A stretch of DNA of 64,000 nucleotides, from assembly GCF_018977255.1 (NCBI RefSeq), contig NW_024704742.1, positions 32,800,001 to 32,864,000 on the forward strand. Direction: 5' to 3'. This document shows, one piece after another, positions 11,401 through 33,699 of this stretch (position 1 is the stretch's first letter; the number at the start of each line of letters is the position of its first letter). This DNA is from Callorhinchus milii. Its lineage: Eukaryota. The notes beneath the pieces are model-generated. The model was given only the letters and a program-made list of their open reading frames with translations. It did no database searches and was not told where the DNA came from. The translations under genes and the position numbers were made by a program.

Positions 11401-13373
11401 TTTATTTGCCAAACTGTTTCCAGTTCAGTAATTTGCCTTCAATTCCATGTGTCTTAATCTCAGAGTGTAACTTTATCAGATACCTTCTGAAAATCCATGT
11501 GGATGACATCCGTGGATCCTGCTCTACCATCTCAGTAATTTTGTAAAGTTTTCTGTAAAATTGGTTCAATGGGACCTCTCCTTCATTAACTATCCTGACT
11601 AACCCTTATCAATTTATACTTCACCACTGGTTTTTGTTCATGGTCTGTGATTTGGCTGTTAAAAGTATTATTTTCACCTTTCCCACTTTATATTTCAGGG
11701 TATAACCTACAAAAAAGCATTGGAGTTGGAAATTGAACATGCCCAGCTTCCTCTTGGAAACTATGTGAAAATGGAAAGTCGCAAAGTATTGACTGTAAAT
11801 CATGGTAAACAATATAATGAGCCACTTGATACTGCAAGCCACTTATAATGCTCTTGCAGCGTACCTCATTCACAGCAAATGCACGAAGCCTCCTTCCCGC
11901 ATGCCAGCTGGCTTTCATTCTAAAATGGCAGACTTTATACTTATTCATAATGGTAATCTATAATGATAAAAATATAATTTGCCTTTACGGGTTATATCAA
12001 ACGCAAGGATTATTTATTATTAATCACACTGAAAGGTGTTGTCCTGATGGAAGGCCTGATACAAAATATTTCTTATTACTATTAACTTGATATATTGTAC
12101 CATTGCATTTATATTTTTAATTTGTAGAATATACAACAAAACATACACAATATATTTCTGATCTGACAAGTTTTTATTTCTGTGAATGCTTACTCTTAAT
12201 GTATGATGGGGCAAACCTTTTTATAACATTGAATAAAGTCCCAATCCTTGTTTGGATTGGTTTGGAATGTGAATTGAAAATATTTCAGCTGCTTTTAAAA
12301 AAAATGAAACCTCAGAGTGAGGTGAAATGTACATGTCATTAGGATGCAGGCTCTGCCAACAATCTCTCCAATCTGCCATTGTGGGGTTGATGTGTAAATG
12401 ATTGAGATTAACCTGATGACATCTAGGCAACAGTCATGCATTTTGCCCACAAAATGCACAGTCATTCACTTTACAATATATTCTGCAAGGATTATTATTA
12501 TTATTTCAATCATCCAAACCTGGCTTTCAATTGGCTGTAAAACAGGATGACAAAGAATGTACAGCAAAGAAACAGGTCACCCAGCCCACTCAGTCCATGT
12601 TATTGTTTATACACCACACAATTCTTCACCCATTCCATCCTCCTTCCCATACATTTCTACACCTCTGATTCCTCTTGAATGCATTTGTACCAACTGCTTC
12701 AGGCAGCGAGTTCCACAATCTCACTACCCTCTGTGTGAAGTAGTTCCTCCTAAATCCTCTTTTAGATCCCTCTAGTCATGAACACATTTAAAAAAAAAAT
12801 ATTTAAAACATTTTTTTCAAAAAAAAGGTCCGCCCACTTTGAATTTGGAGAATTAGGGTATGTTGGTTATTTTTATAGTTGTCTTAAGTTGGATATAGCT
12901 GCAGGCTTGATGTCTGAGAACGTGGCCTGATGAAAGCAGAATAGAAAAGAAGACTGGGGGAATAGGGTTTAAAGCAATTAGATAACACACCTTTTAAAAA
13001 AAAGCAATTTGCAACTCAAAATATTTGTCTCTAAATGTTTTTTTTCATCATTACTGACACAAGGATTGTTTTCCATTCTACAGTATTTGAGATAATCCTG
13101 ACATATTTAGAAAAGGGGAACTGGCAGGAAGCCTTCTTTACTATCCTGCCCCAGAGGAAAGGAGCTGTCCCTGCAGACCAGACCAGCAGTTGTGGGCCTG
13201 CATCGAGAAGTGAAGAGCAAAAAGAGCCCGAAGCTAACTCGGGCTTTGCTGACTCCACAGAGGATGGAACACAAGTGTCAGGAGCTTTGAAACAGGAAGA
13301 CACACAGCCTGCTGAACTAGACTGTGAAGAGACCAGTATTAAAAGTAGTGAAGGAAGAGACTGTGAAACGTAG
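5244..13373 (+). CDS. TRMT10A: tRNA (guanine-N1)-methyltransferase 10A (m1G9 SPOUT methyltransferase), spliced CDS, 357 aa
   Basis: Exons 5244-5461, 6641-6803, 8138-8209, 8469-8543, 9621-9770, 11699-11804, 13084-13373 (1074 nt, all GT-AG, continuous frame). Motifs [74 protein letters not shown] and [14 protein letters not shown] match vertebrate TRMT10A. AATAAA at 13382-13387. Confidence 0.97.
5650..6150 (-). mobile_element. L2-type LINE 3' fragment
   Basis: Reverse strand has the L2 3' ORF remnant and a (GTT)n tail. Similar fragments at about 120-250, 6820-7260, 10735-10935, 14235-14560, 15238-15485, 22470-22840, 25525-25760, 50020-50300 (+) and 63895-64000 (+). Confidence 0.8.
6641..6803 (+). 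CDS. TRMT10A: TRMT10A coding exon 2
   Basis: [15 protein letters not shown]...[14 protein letters not shown]; ttttcctag / gtaaga. Confidence 0.96.
6820..7260 (-). mobile_element. L2-type LINE 3' fragment
   Basis: Reverse frame ...[33 protein letters not shown], a typical L2 C-terminus. Confidence 0.85.
8138..8209 (+). CDS. TRMT10A: TRMT10A coding exon 3
   Basis: [24 protein letters not shown]; tag / gtgagt. Confidence 0.96.
8469..8543 (+). CDS. TRMT10A: TRMT10A coding exon 4
   Basis: [25 protein letters not shown]; cag / gtagga. Confidence 0.96.
9621..9770 (+). CDS. TRMT10A: TRMT10A coding exon 5
   Basis: GIVVTSEHF...[12 protein letters not shown]...[13 protein letters not shown]; tag / gtattt. 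Confidence 0.96.
10305..10613 (-). mobile_element. tRNA-Ala-derived SINE (short form)
   Basis: Full reverse-complement match to the 20081-20410 copy. Confidence 0.9.
11699..11804 (+). CDS. TRMT10A: TRMT10A coding exon 6
   Basis: [35 protein letters not shown]; tttcag / gtaaac. Confidence 0.96.
13084..13373 (+). CDS. TRMT10A: TRMT10A last coding exon
   Basis: [30 protein letters not shown], then an acidic tail; TAG at 13371-13373. Confidence 0.95.
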
Positions 13374-16300
13374 CATGTTTTAATAAATAATAGTTATTTT
13401 GAATTTTATTTGCCTACGATCTTCAGTGCAGCTAATCTAATCCAAAAGCAGCACATTTGATTTGAGTTCAAAGCGTTTTACAGAGGTTTAGAGTAATGTC
13501 TTTTGGGAATGGTGCAAATAGCTGAAACATGGAAAATACTTTATTTCTTATTTAATTTTTTATCATTGCTGGATCCTGCAAAACATTCTGTTACCCATTA
13601 ATTTCCGCCGAAGTAGATTAACTAAAATGTAAAATGTAAAATTGCAGTCCATTCCAGACTACATTGGCATTTTAGTTGGATTTGGGTGTTGTGATTAGTC
13701 TGGCTGCATTGTTTTCAGCAGTATCCCAGCCTTTTTGCTTAATAGCACAAGCAGCTTGACTGTCATTTTGTTTCTGCTGTCTTGATATGAGTTGTATAAA
13801 TGTTGTACCTGTACCCTGTATATTTATTACAGATCCAAAGACTAATCCAGTATTTCACCAATTATAGGTTCCCAGCTTTGCTATCTGTAAAGAGCAATAA
13901 CTGCATTTGTTCACATGGACAAAGCAGTAACCCTCTTGCAAAGCATTCCAACTAAATGTTGAAGTTTCAGTAACCTTAATTATATTTTTGAAATAAAGAA
14001 TAAGAAAGCAAACACGTCAGTTCTGATGATTAAGGCTTCAATATATTGTTTGAATTCTGTAGAGTAACCAAGTAAATTGAAATAGTGATGTTTAACAACA
14101 ACAAATAAGTAAGTAACAATGTGAACAGTGCCAGCACTGATTAGTAGAAAACTACTGGTTTCAAAGAAATTTGTCATTTTTTAATTTGCAGCATACAACA
14201 AAATAATGAATAATATATGTACATTAGACTTAAAAAACAACTTGCATTTATATAGCTCCCCCTCAACAATAACAAAGTTGCATTTATATAGTGTCGTGGT
14301 GCGCTTCACAGTGGCAGAGTCTGACAACGAGCCAGGTGTAGAAGGAGGGGGGAGGTGACAATAAGCACGATCAAAAAGGAAAGTTTTTTTAGGCGGGACT
14401 TGAAGATGGGGAGGGAGGGGGAAAGGCGGAGGGATTGAGGGACAGAGTTCCAGAGTTTCGGGGTGTAGTGTCAGAAGGCACGGGCAACGATGGTGGAACG
14501 GAGGGTCTGAGGGACAAATAGGCCAAAGCCAGTGGAGCCGGGCAAGTTCTGGTATGGGGGTAGCGTCCCAGAGTGCTTGCCAAACCAAATTATTCAACAT
14601 TTGAAGACTATTTGGAAAAATTAACCAAGTTTATTGTTGCAGGACATCATTAAGGCCACCCCTAGGTGTCTGGAACTCCCTATATAGAAATAAAAAAATT
14701 TAAACAGCAAGAATTCAAGTAAAAGGAATAAAGAAAGCTCATTTTTCTATTGATGGCTGCAAAAGTAGCTGAGGCAACCAACTTGTAACTGTAAAAGTGA
14801 CTGGACAAGTTCCATATTTGTATATAACACGTGACGCAGCACAGAGAGCGACTGGAAGAGAGGTGGAGTAGGCACCATACATACACTGAGTGATGCCGGG
14901 AGATGTCTGACACCCCCCCCCCCCCCACCCCCCCGCTCCCCTATTACGCCCATGACTAATCAGATCAATTATTTTGTGGACGACAGACTGCGTCCACAAA
15001 ATACACAGTCAATCCACTTTACAGTAATAATAATAATAATCCTTGCATTTGATGTCGTACTTTTCACGTCTTCAAGACGTCTCAAAGCGCTTCACAGAAT
15101 ATGCTGTAAAGTGAATTGACTGTATATTTGTGGGCGAAACGAGGCAGCCAATTGCGCACAGCAGTGTCCTACAAACAGTCATGGATTGAAAATAATAATA
15201 ATCCTTGCATTTAATATAGCACTTTTCACGTCGGGAGGACAACAACAACAACAACAACAAGATTCCATTTATTGAGCACCTTTCACGTCGGGAGGACGTC
15301 CCAAGGCGCTGTACAGTTGGGTCAGGACCCGAGCAGGGGGGAAATGGTCAGGGTGAGGGGAGGGAAGGGAGGGAGCGAGGAGGGGGTAGAGAGTTGAGAG
15401 GGGAGCTGAAGGCACGGTCAAAGAGAAAGAGAAAGGTCTTGAGACCGGCCTTGAAGGAGGAAAGGGAGGAGGCAAGGCGAAGGCACTGGACGTCCCAAAG
15501 CGCTTCACAGAACACACTGTAAAGTGAATTGACTGTATATTTGTGGGCGAAACGAGGCAGCCAATTGCGCACAGCAATGTCCTGCAAACAGTCATGGATT
15601 GAAAATGACCAATTTATCATTGTTTTGTTTTGGAAGGATTATTATCAGGGATGTGGAGTAAGGAAACTTGCCCAAGGTTTCGCCCTCTGCCTGGAATTGA
15701 ACCCAGTACATGCTGTGAATCCCGTTGAGAAGTCTCAATAATGTGATACGGTGCTATACCAAATGCAAGGATTATTATTAATATTAAAAATCACCAAGAT
15801 GCTCTGTCACTATGGGTGGAAGGTAGGAATTGGGGAGCAAACAACAGAGCGGAGTGTGGACAGATAGAGCAAGAGCTGGAATACAGTAGCTGGAGAAGAT
15901 GACATGAGTACTTCCGATGAAGACATTGCATTCCTACACACATTGATCTCCAAGGCGGCCTGTTACCTCTGTACACTACTCCCACTTTAGGTTTGTTTTT
16001 AAAACGGACTCATGTTTAAAATGAACACCTGGATAAGATCATCCCATGGCACTAGTCAAAAAGAAAAGGGAGTTTCTCCCAATCTCCTGGCCAATAAATC
16101 CCCAGATAAAAATTGCTCACTCACTCCATAACTGTTTGTGGGACATTGCTGTGTGCAGTTGGCTGCCGCGTTTCGCCCACAAAATACAGTCAATCCACTT
16201 TACAGTATATTCTGTTAAGCATTTTGAGACGTCTCAAAGACACGAAAAGGCGCTGGATCAAGTGTAAGGATCATTATCATTATTATCGATTTGCACATTA

Positions 16301-16770
16301 ACACAGTACCAGGTCGTTAATTATTCGCTTGATATTTGATCGGCAGCACGGTTCACACAGGTCGATGTACGTGCATTTGATGTAGCGCTTTATCAAGTTG
16401 TTGAGATGTTCTCAGCGCCTTGGGACGTCCTCCCGACGTGAAAGGCGCTCTATAAATGGAATCTTGTTGTTGTTGTTGCTGTTTAATAACAATAATAATA
16501 ATCCTTGCATTTGATGTAGCGCTTTCCACGTCTTCTAGACGTCCCAAAGCGCTTCGCAGAATATACTGTAAAGTGAATCGACTGTATATTTGAAGCGCCT
16601 CACAGAGAAGCGCTTGTGGGCTGTCCGGACTGAAGGGGAGAGGTCCAGTCTGGCCGAGTCCGGCTCAGTGTAAGTGCAAATGAAGCATCTGAGATATAAA
16701 CCTTTGCTGGTGCAGGAGCAGGACCGAGCCCGTGTGCACAGTGACCAGAGGTGTGTCTGTTGGTAGCCAA

Positions 16771-16873
16771 TGCACACATACACACACACACACATACACA
16801 CACACACATACACACACATACATACACACACACACACACATACATACGCACATACACACACACACACATACAC

Positions 16874-16906
<33 letters not shown>

Positions 16907-17015
16907 TACATACACACACACATACACACACATACATACACACACACACACACACATACACACACACACATACACACACACAAACATACACACACATACA
17001 TACACACACATACAT

Positions 17016-17046
<31 letters not shown>

Positions 17047-17142
17047 TACACACACACACACACATACACACACACACATACACACACACACATACACACA
17101 TACACACACACACACACATACACACACATACACACATACACA

Positions 17143-17181
<39 letters not shown>

Positions 17182-17189
17182 ACACACAC

Positions 17190-17229
<40 letters not shown>

Positions 17230-17331
17230 ACACACACACACACACATACACACACACACACATACACACATACACACACACACACACACATACACACACA
17301 CACATACATACATACACACACACACACACAC
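16771..17331. repeat. Compound (CA)n/(TACA)n microsatellite, about 560 bp
   Basis: Nearly uninterrupted purine-pyrimidine alternation immediately upstream of the ADH5 promoter. Confidence 0.98.
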
Positions 17332-17339
17332 CAGCCACA

Positions 17340-17513
17340 TCTCCTCACTGAGCCCAGGGGAGTGATTGGCATCTGAATTGACCAATGCAGTTGGGAGAGC
17401 AAATCTGCATTGGCCAATCATTCGGCCCTCCTTCTCCCCCTCCCTCAGCGCACATTGATTGGAGTCTGTGTGAGTGGCACAGGGAGAGAGAGAGGGCGGA
17501 CTGGGGGTGCGGG
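17340..17513 (+). promoter_or_regulatory. ADH5 proximal promoter with CCAAT (NF-Y) cluster
   Basis: ATTGG 17365, CCAAT 17382, ATTGG 17409, CCAAT 17414, ATTGG 17458, plus GGGCGG just upstream of the ATG. Confidence 0.7.
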
Positions 17514-27457
<9,944 letters not shown>

Positions 27458-27899
27458 GGCTGGTGTCCCAAGAGCTTGCAATACCATGGCCTTACCTGTC
27501 GAATGGAATCCTTTACTACAAAATCAGTCAACTATGCTCATTAATGGCTTAATTACTTCATGCAGTGTACATACTTGAACAGTAATTAGTGTTTACTTCT
27601 GTTGCTGTATTCCTGTAATACCTGTTATGTACAAGTCTCAAATTAAAATAAAGGCATTTTCTTATTTGGTTTATGGTAAATCGTCTAACAGAAGAGATGA
27701 ATTGACTCCAAAGCCAGGGCAAGTGACCTTGTCCTTATTTACATCTGCTTTGAAGATTGGAGACAGAAGTTATAGGTTCAAGTACAATGGGCCAAAAGTT
27801 CAACAGAAATTGTCAATATCCTAATAATTGTTCAGAAGAGCTATTAAGAGTGAAATGTGTACTACCCTCACACCAGTGTGCCAAATGCTAGAACCGTTC

Positions 27900-29795
27900 A
27901 TCTTGTAAAGTGATGACTAGTTAACTGTATCAAAACATTGGATCACATGCAACCATTCTTAATATAAAATGAATGTTGTAAGACTTGTCTTTCAAACATA
28001 AAGGTGGGAGAAGCATTAAGCAACAGCAATCGCATTTGACCTCACGAGGATTGGTGAGGTTATCAAAAACTCAAAGCAATGCTGCCAAATTTCAAGAGGA
28101 CTGATTTTGTGCACTTAAGAAGTCTGAGTTCTCAAAGTGGGCCTGGGCAGCTTAAATATGCTGAAGGGAGTGGAGGAACTATGGAATTCTTTCAAGGAGG
28201 TGATTATGAAGGCAAAGGAACAATGTATACCCATGCAAAGATACAAAGCTTAAAGGCACTCCTGCCTAGTTGAACTTGGCTACAAAGCAATTCATCGAGG
28301 GGAATAAAGGCATTTAAGACCGTGAAGAAAAGTGGCACAGAATTAAGTCAGATTTGATACCAGAAGGTATGCCAGGACTATAAAAAAGGCATCAGAATGG
28401 CATAGAAATTCTTTGAATTGAACATGGCAATAGATGTGAAGGATAATAATGTTTTTCAGTTACAGTAAGAGATGAAGAAAAACAAGTAATGGAATAGGGC
28501 CACTGAAGGTGGATTCAAATAATGTTGCACAGGCTGCAATAGTGCTAAAGCTTTTTTTTTTTTTGCATCAGTTTTTACTAAGGAGGGGACAGGTAACCTT
28601 TCTGATCAGGAAAGAGAACTCTAAAGATGTCACAGAGGAAAGTTGTGACACTATTCATATCACTGCCAACGTGGTTGCCAAACATCTATGCAAACTTAAA
28701 CAAATCTCAGGGGCTAGATAAATTGCATCCGAGGATCCTTAAGGAACTAAGGGAGGAAGTTGCAGAAATGCTGGCATAAGTCTTTCAGAAATCACTGAAC
28801 ACTGGAGATACTGGGGGACTGGAGAAAGGCAGATGTTACTCCTATTTTTAAGGGTAATGAGTGACCCAGGATTCTAGACCAGTAAGTTTGACGTCCATTG
28901 TGGGAAGAATTATGGATAAAATCACAGAACACCTGGCCAGAATAAAGTTATAAATGATAACCAATATGGGTTCATGAAGGGGAAGTCTTGCCAATCTAAT
29001 TTTCTGGTTTTCTTTGATGGTGTGACAAGGGAGTTTGTTAAGGGTAAGGCTTTGGATGTATATCTGGATTTCAGTAAGGCCTTTGATACAGTTCCTCTTG
29101 AGAGGCTGGTACTGAAAGTAGACAAAGTGAGAATCAGTGGAAATATTACAATGGATACATAACTGCTTGAACAGAAGAGCCCAGAGGGTGGTGGTACAGG
29201 GAATGTCTTGGGAAAATGTCACCAGTGGAGTTCCACAACTGTCTGTTTTGGAACCTCTTTCATATTTTTATAAATGATCTGGAACTAGGAGTCGCAAGCA
29301 CAGTGGTTATGTTTGCTAATAAGACCAAGGTAATGAAGGTGGTAGATTGCAAAGCTGAACAAGATAGGTTACAGGAGGATTTGAACATACTTGGGAATTG
29401 GGCAGATCGATGGCAGATGAAATTCAATGTGGAAAAATATAAATGACTTAACATGGTGACAAAAATCTAGGAATGGGCTATTATTTGAATGGAAGGAAAA
29501 TAATATGTATGGAAAACTTAAAGGCCTGGGTGTACTGATTAATAATAACTTGAAGCTCTTGCAACAATGCTCTGTGGCAGTGAATAAAGCAAACCAGATA
29601 TTAGGATGTATCAAAAGATCAATAGCAAGCTGAAACAGTGGGGTAATCCTGCCACTGTATAAATCATTGGTGAGACCATACTTAGAATACTGTGTATAGT
29701 TCTGGCTGCCTCAGTACAAAAAGATTATGGGATAAATCAGAATGATTGAGGAAATGGAGAGACTGGACTATGAGGAGAGATTAAATATATTGTCT
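27900..29795 (+). mobile_element. Degenerate CR1-type LINE ORF2 fragment
   Basis: [78 protein letters not shown], with stops and frameshifts. Confidence 0.93.
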
Positions 29796-30177
29796 TGATT
29801 TCAGAGCTTCCCTAACTTGACATCATTTACAGACACCTTTCTGGTCTGCAAATCCAGGTACTATATAGCTGATGACTCAAAATAAATATAGCAGCAAGTG
29901 TGACCGGTCTGACAGCTGTGGTGATTAGTGAAACTTTCTTGTCCAGCAAATGTGTGTCCAAGTCTCAGGATGATGCAGTGTTGCACTAAATTGCATTCTG
30001 ATTGATTAAATGCAAGCCTGCTCAGGTGATATTGCTAAAGCCCCCAAATCCATAGCCGTGCAACATGGCACAACTACATTCACTCTTCACAGTAAGTATC
30101 TGCCACAGTGCATTAGGTATCTTTCTGTTCCACTAAAAGGTTTTACATTGTGTTGTTACATTTATCGTAATACTTGA

Positions 30178-30408
30178 TCCACACGCCTAATAATAATCCC
30201 TCCAAAAACCCAAAACAATAATAAATTGGTCATTTTCAATCTACGACTGTTTGTGGGACATTGCTGTGCGCAATTGGCTGCTGCGTTTGCCCACAAATAT
30301 ACAGTCAATTCACTTTACAGTGTGTTCTGTGAAGCGCTTTGGGACGTCCTCCCGACGTGAAAAGCGCTATATCAAATGCAAGGATTATTATTATTATTAT
30401 TATTATTA
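30178..30408 (+). mobile_element. 5'-truncated young SINE
   Basis: Matches the 3' two-thirds of 48416-48746. Confidence 0.9.
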
Positions 30409-33297
30409 TCTTAATTTGTTCAAAAATATTTGTATTGATGAGCCAGAACACTGCACTGAAGTGTCACAGACAATAAACTCAAAGTCCTAACATAATGTTT
30501 GAACCCATAAGATTCTGTTACCAATTGAGCCAATTTGACACCTGGCATTATAACTATGAATTTTGTTTTTAACATAGCAATCTAAAACTTTGTTTCAGCA
30601 GTAATTCAGCATCTATGTACACAAGTATATTTCTGTTCAGGTGATAGAGGAGTGGTGTTGGCTCTTGTCAGTTTTAGGCACAATTAAAATAACCACAATT
30701 TCTCTTCATCTGTTAAGAGATCCACAAACAGCCATGTAACAAGAATTCATTATTATCTCATATGAATATATTAAGGTGTAAGTTGCAGGAGTAAGATGAT
30801 AGACAAGTAAAGGGAATTAGCTGGTTTGCTCTTTCAAAGAGACAACACAGATATGATGGGCTGAATAAAGATAGCTTTCTTCCAAGCTGCAAATTCTGTG
30901 CTTTTATGATTGTATAAGTGTGGTTCTGAATATTGTAAAAGTTGTTTCTAAGCATTTTTCACAATACTGCTAACATCATGTTCACAGACTGAGCACGCCT
31001 TCTGGTAAAATGCTACTTTTAATTCCCCCTCCCTCTCATAAAGTACAACAACTTGAATTTACATAGCGCCCCTCGCACAAGGCAACGTCCCCGAGGGCTT
31101 AATATTGGCTGTGCATTCCCCCACAAAATGCACACTTCACACTACAGTATATCCTTTGAAGCTCTTTGAGGAGTCTTGACAAGGCAATAAGGGGCTATAT
31201 CAAATGCATGTAGTATTATTGTTATACTGTCTATAGCTTGAGTTATCTGGACCAGCTGATTCAAACAGTTAATATATATTCAGTCATTTGTGTACACATG
31301 CACAGTCATTACACTTTACAGCACTTTGAGATGTTTCAACAACATGATAAGGCGCTATATCAAAATAGAGTAAATTCAGTTTTCAGTATATTCTTTGAGG
31401 TGTCTCAACAACATGATAAGGCGCTATATCAAATGCAAGGATTATTATTATAACAAATGGAAGGATTATTATAATTAGAAGCTTCACAAGGTATGAATGA
31501 GTCCAGTCATTGTTTATTAGCAATGACTGAAGTACCTGCGGCGACAAACCTCCTTCATTCTCTCTAGAAAACCATTCCCTAACTGCCACCTTTCCTTCTT
31601 TAATCTTCATTATTTCCCTCCTCTGTATTAATTCTTTCTTTAGCTGGCTATATTCCTCTGAGTTTCCTCTCATAATCTAATCTGTAAACACTGGTGAATG
31701 CCTCCTTCAATTATATTGATCCTTGTCTTTTCCAGATGAACATTTCCTCTTTAATATCCTCCTTGAATTTATTTTGACAACTTTTCATTATCTCTCCAAA
31801 ATCACAGGATTTTGTAGTGATTGTGTATTTATAGGCAAACGTGGTAGCTGAATTGCATAATGCAATATTCAATAAATAACTGAAGTTAATGACCAACTTT
31901 CTATTTCTAGTATAAGGCTTTGGGAGATTATCTGATAACCACATTATTTTCACAAACACAGGGAAGTTCATCCCCATTTGCGCAGATATTGAACATTGTT
32001 GTATATCTATCCAATGCAAAACAGGCTTGAAGATTATGATGAATATGGATGGTCAAATATTCAGTGAAAAGTGATAATTCCTGTGTGCACTGTGGAGGCA
32101 TTGAAATATCATCCATGGCATGCTATTGGTCAAAGTTGAACAATAGTGATAATAGTTTTTAGATCAATAAACTTGAGTTCTGCACAATTACGTTGAGGAT
32201 CAATAAGGGACTTTACAGAGATTCATCTCCATGGACAATTCATTCACCAGCTAACTTATGCAACTGCTGGAGATTGCATAAGTTAGCTAGAGAATGGTAC
32301 CCAAATTTGACATGTACTCATTAGATATACTGATCCAAGTGGCTGTTCTGGTTCCATCAAATCTTATGTTTTCATAAACATCTGCTTTGGTCCAGCACCC
32401 AGAATATTAGCTTTACTAGCTACATATTCTGTGTGCCACTACTGAACCCATTTTTAAAACAAGCCAATATCAAGTGAATCTTTGAGGAAGGGGTAAGCAA
32501 CGATACTTCCAGATAGCTGGGTGTCCCAGCTTGCAATTGTTATGGTGTAGTAATTAATATCTGTACATAACAATTATAAAGTGACTTAGTAAAGGAACCT
32601 TGAAGAACTAGGTTTTGAGAATTGTTGATTTGGGAACCAATGTTCATTTCATCTAATAACTATAGGTAGTTGGTAACTTCTGTATGTATTTTACAACAGA
32701 AATGTAAAATATTTCATACAATCACTCTTATTCCTAAGAACATAAAAGAACTTGGGGGTAGGGGGTTAGTGACACAAATTAACCACACCACACGGGAATT
32801 GAAAGTACTGATGAAAGACGCACATACAGTAAATTCAAAAAGAAAAAGGAGTTTTTCCTGATGTCCTGATCAACAATCCTCAGATAAAACAATTGGTCAA
32901 TCACCAATTACTTTATAAAATTACTTTATTAAATATTATTGTTAAGATTTTCCTTTGCATAATTATCTCCAAGTAGTTGCTGAATATCCTTCTCTAGGAA
33001 TCCTCCAGTCTCATCTCTAAATAGTCCCACACCTTTGACTATTCTAATTTAATTTGTTTATAAAAGACTTTATAATTACCCTTCCCATAAGAGGCCATGA
33101 TTTTTCAAATCCCTCTTAGCCTTCCTAATCTTCCTTTCTTCTTTCGCATCAATACTTTTTATACTTCTGATTGAAGCACTTTGAGACACCTCGAAGATGT
33201 GATAAGGTGCTATATCAAATGCAAGGATTATTATTATTATTTTTTTGTGTGTGTTGTCAGATCTAGATTGCAGTCATTGGAAACTGGTTGGGTTGAT

Positions 33298-33566
33298 ATA
33301 ATAATAATAATAATAATAATCCTTGCATTTGATATAGCGCTTTTCATGTCAGGAGGACGTCCCAAAGCGCTTCACAGAACACACTGTAAAGTGAATTGAC
33401 TGTATATTTGTGGGCGAACGCGGCAGCCAATTGCGCACAGCAATGTCCCACAAACAGTCGTAGATTGAAAATGACCAATTTAATTATTGTTTTTTTTGGT
33501 TTTTGGAGGGATTATTATTAGGCGTGTGGAGTAAGGAAACTTGCCCAAGGTTTCGCCCTGCCTGGA
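33298..33566 (-). mobile_element. 5'-truncated young SINE
   Basis: Reverse complement of the family body and tail. Confidence 0.9.
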
Positions 33567-33699
33567 AGCGTGAGTTCAAATGGCCCAAAAGATCTATAAG
33601 GAGAAATTCCTTTTGGGTGTTTTTAGTTTAATACACCATCCAAATTTTGACAAATTCTTAAACACAGCCTTAGTTTTGAACTATGGTGGTGAATCTGCT

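Noticed and set aside
16535..17421. His/Thr-rich and Cys/Val-rich ORFs of 193-273 aa
   Set aside because: Translations of the (CA)n microsatellite.
31500..32120. Minus-strand ORF pieces with faint resemblance to dynein AAA or LINE linker sequence
   Set aside because: Similarity is too weak, frames are interrupted, and there is no coherent exon chain; probably decayed repeat.
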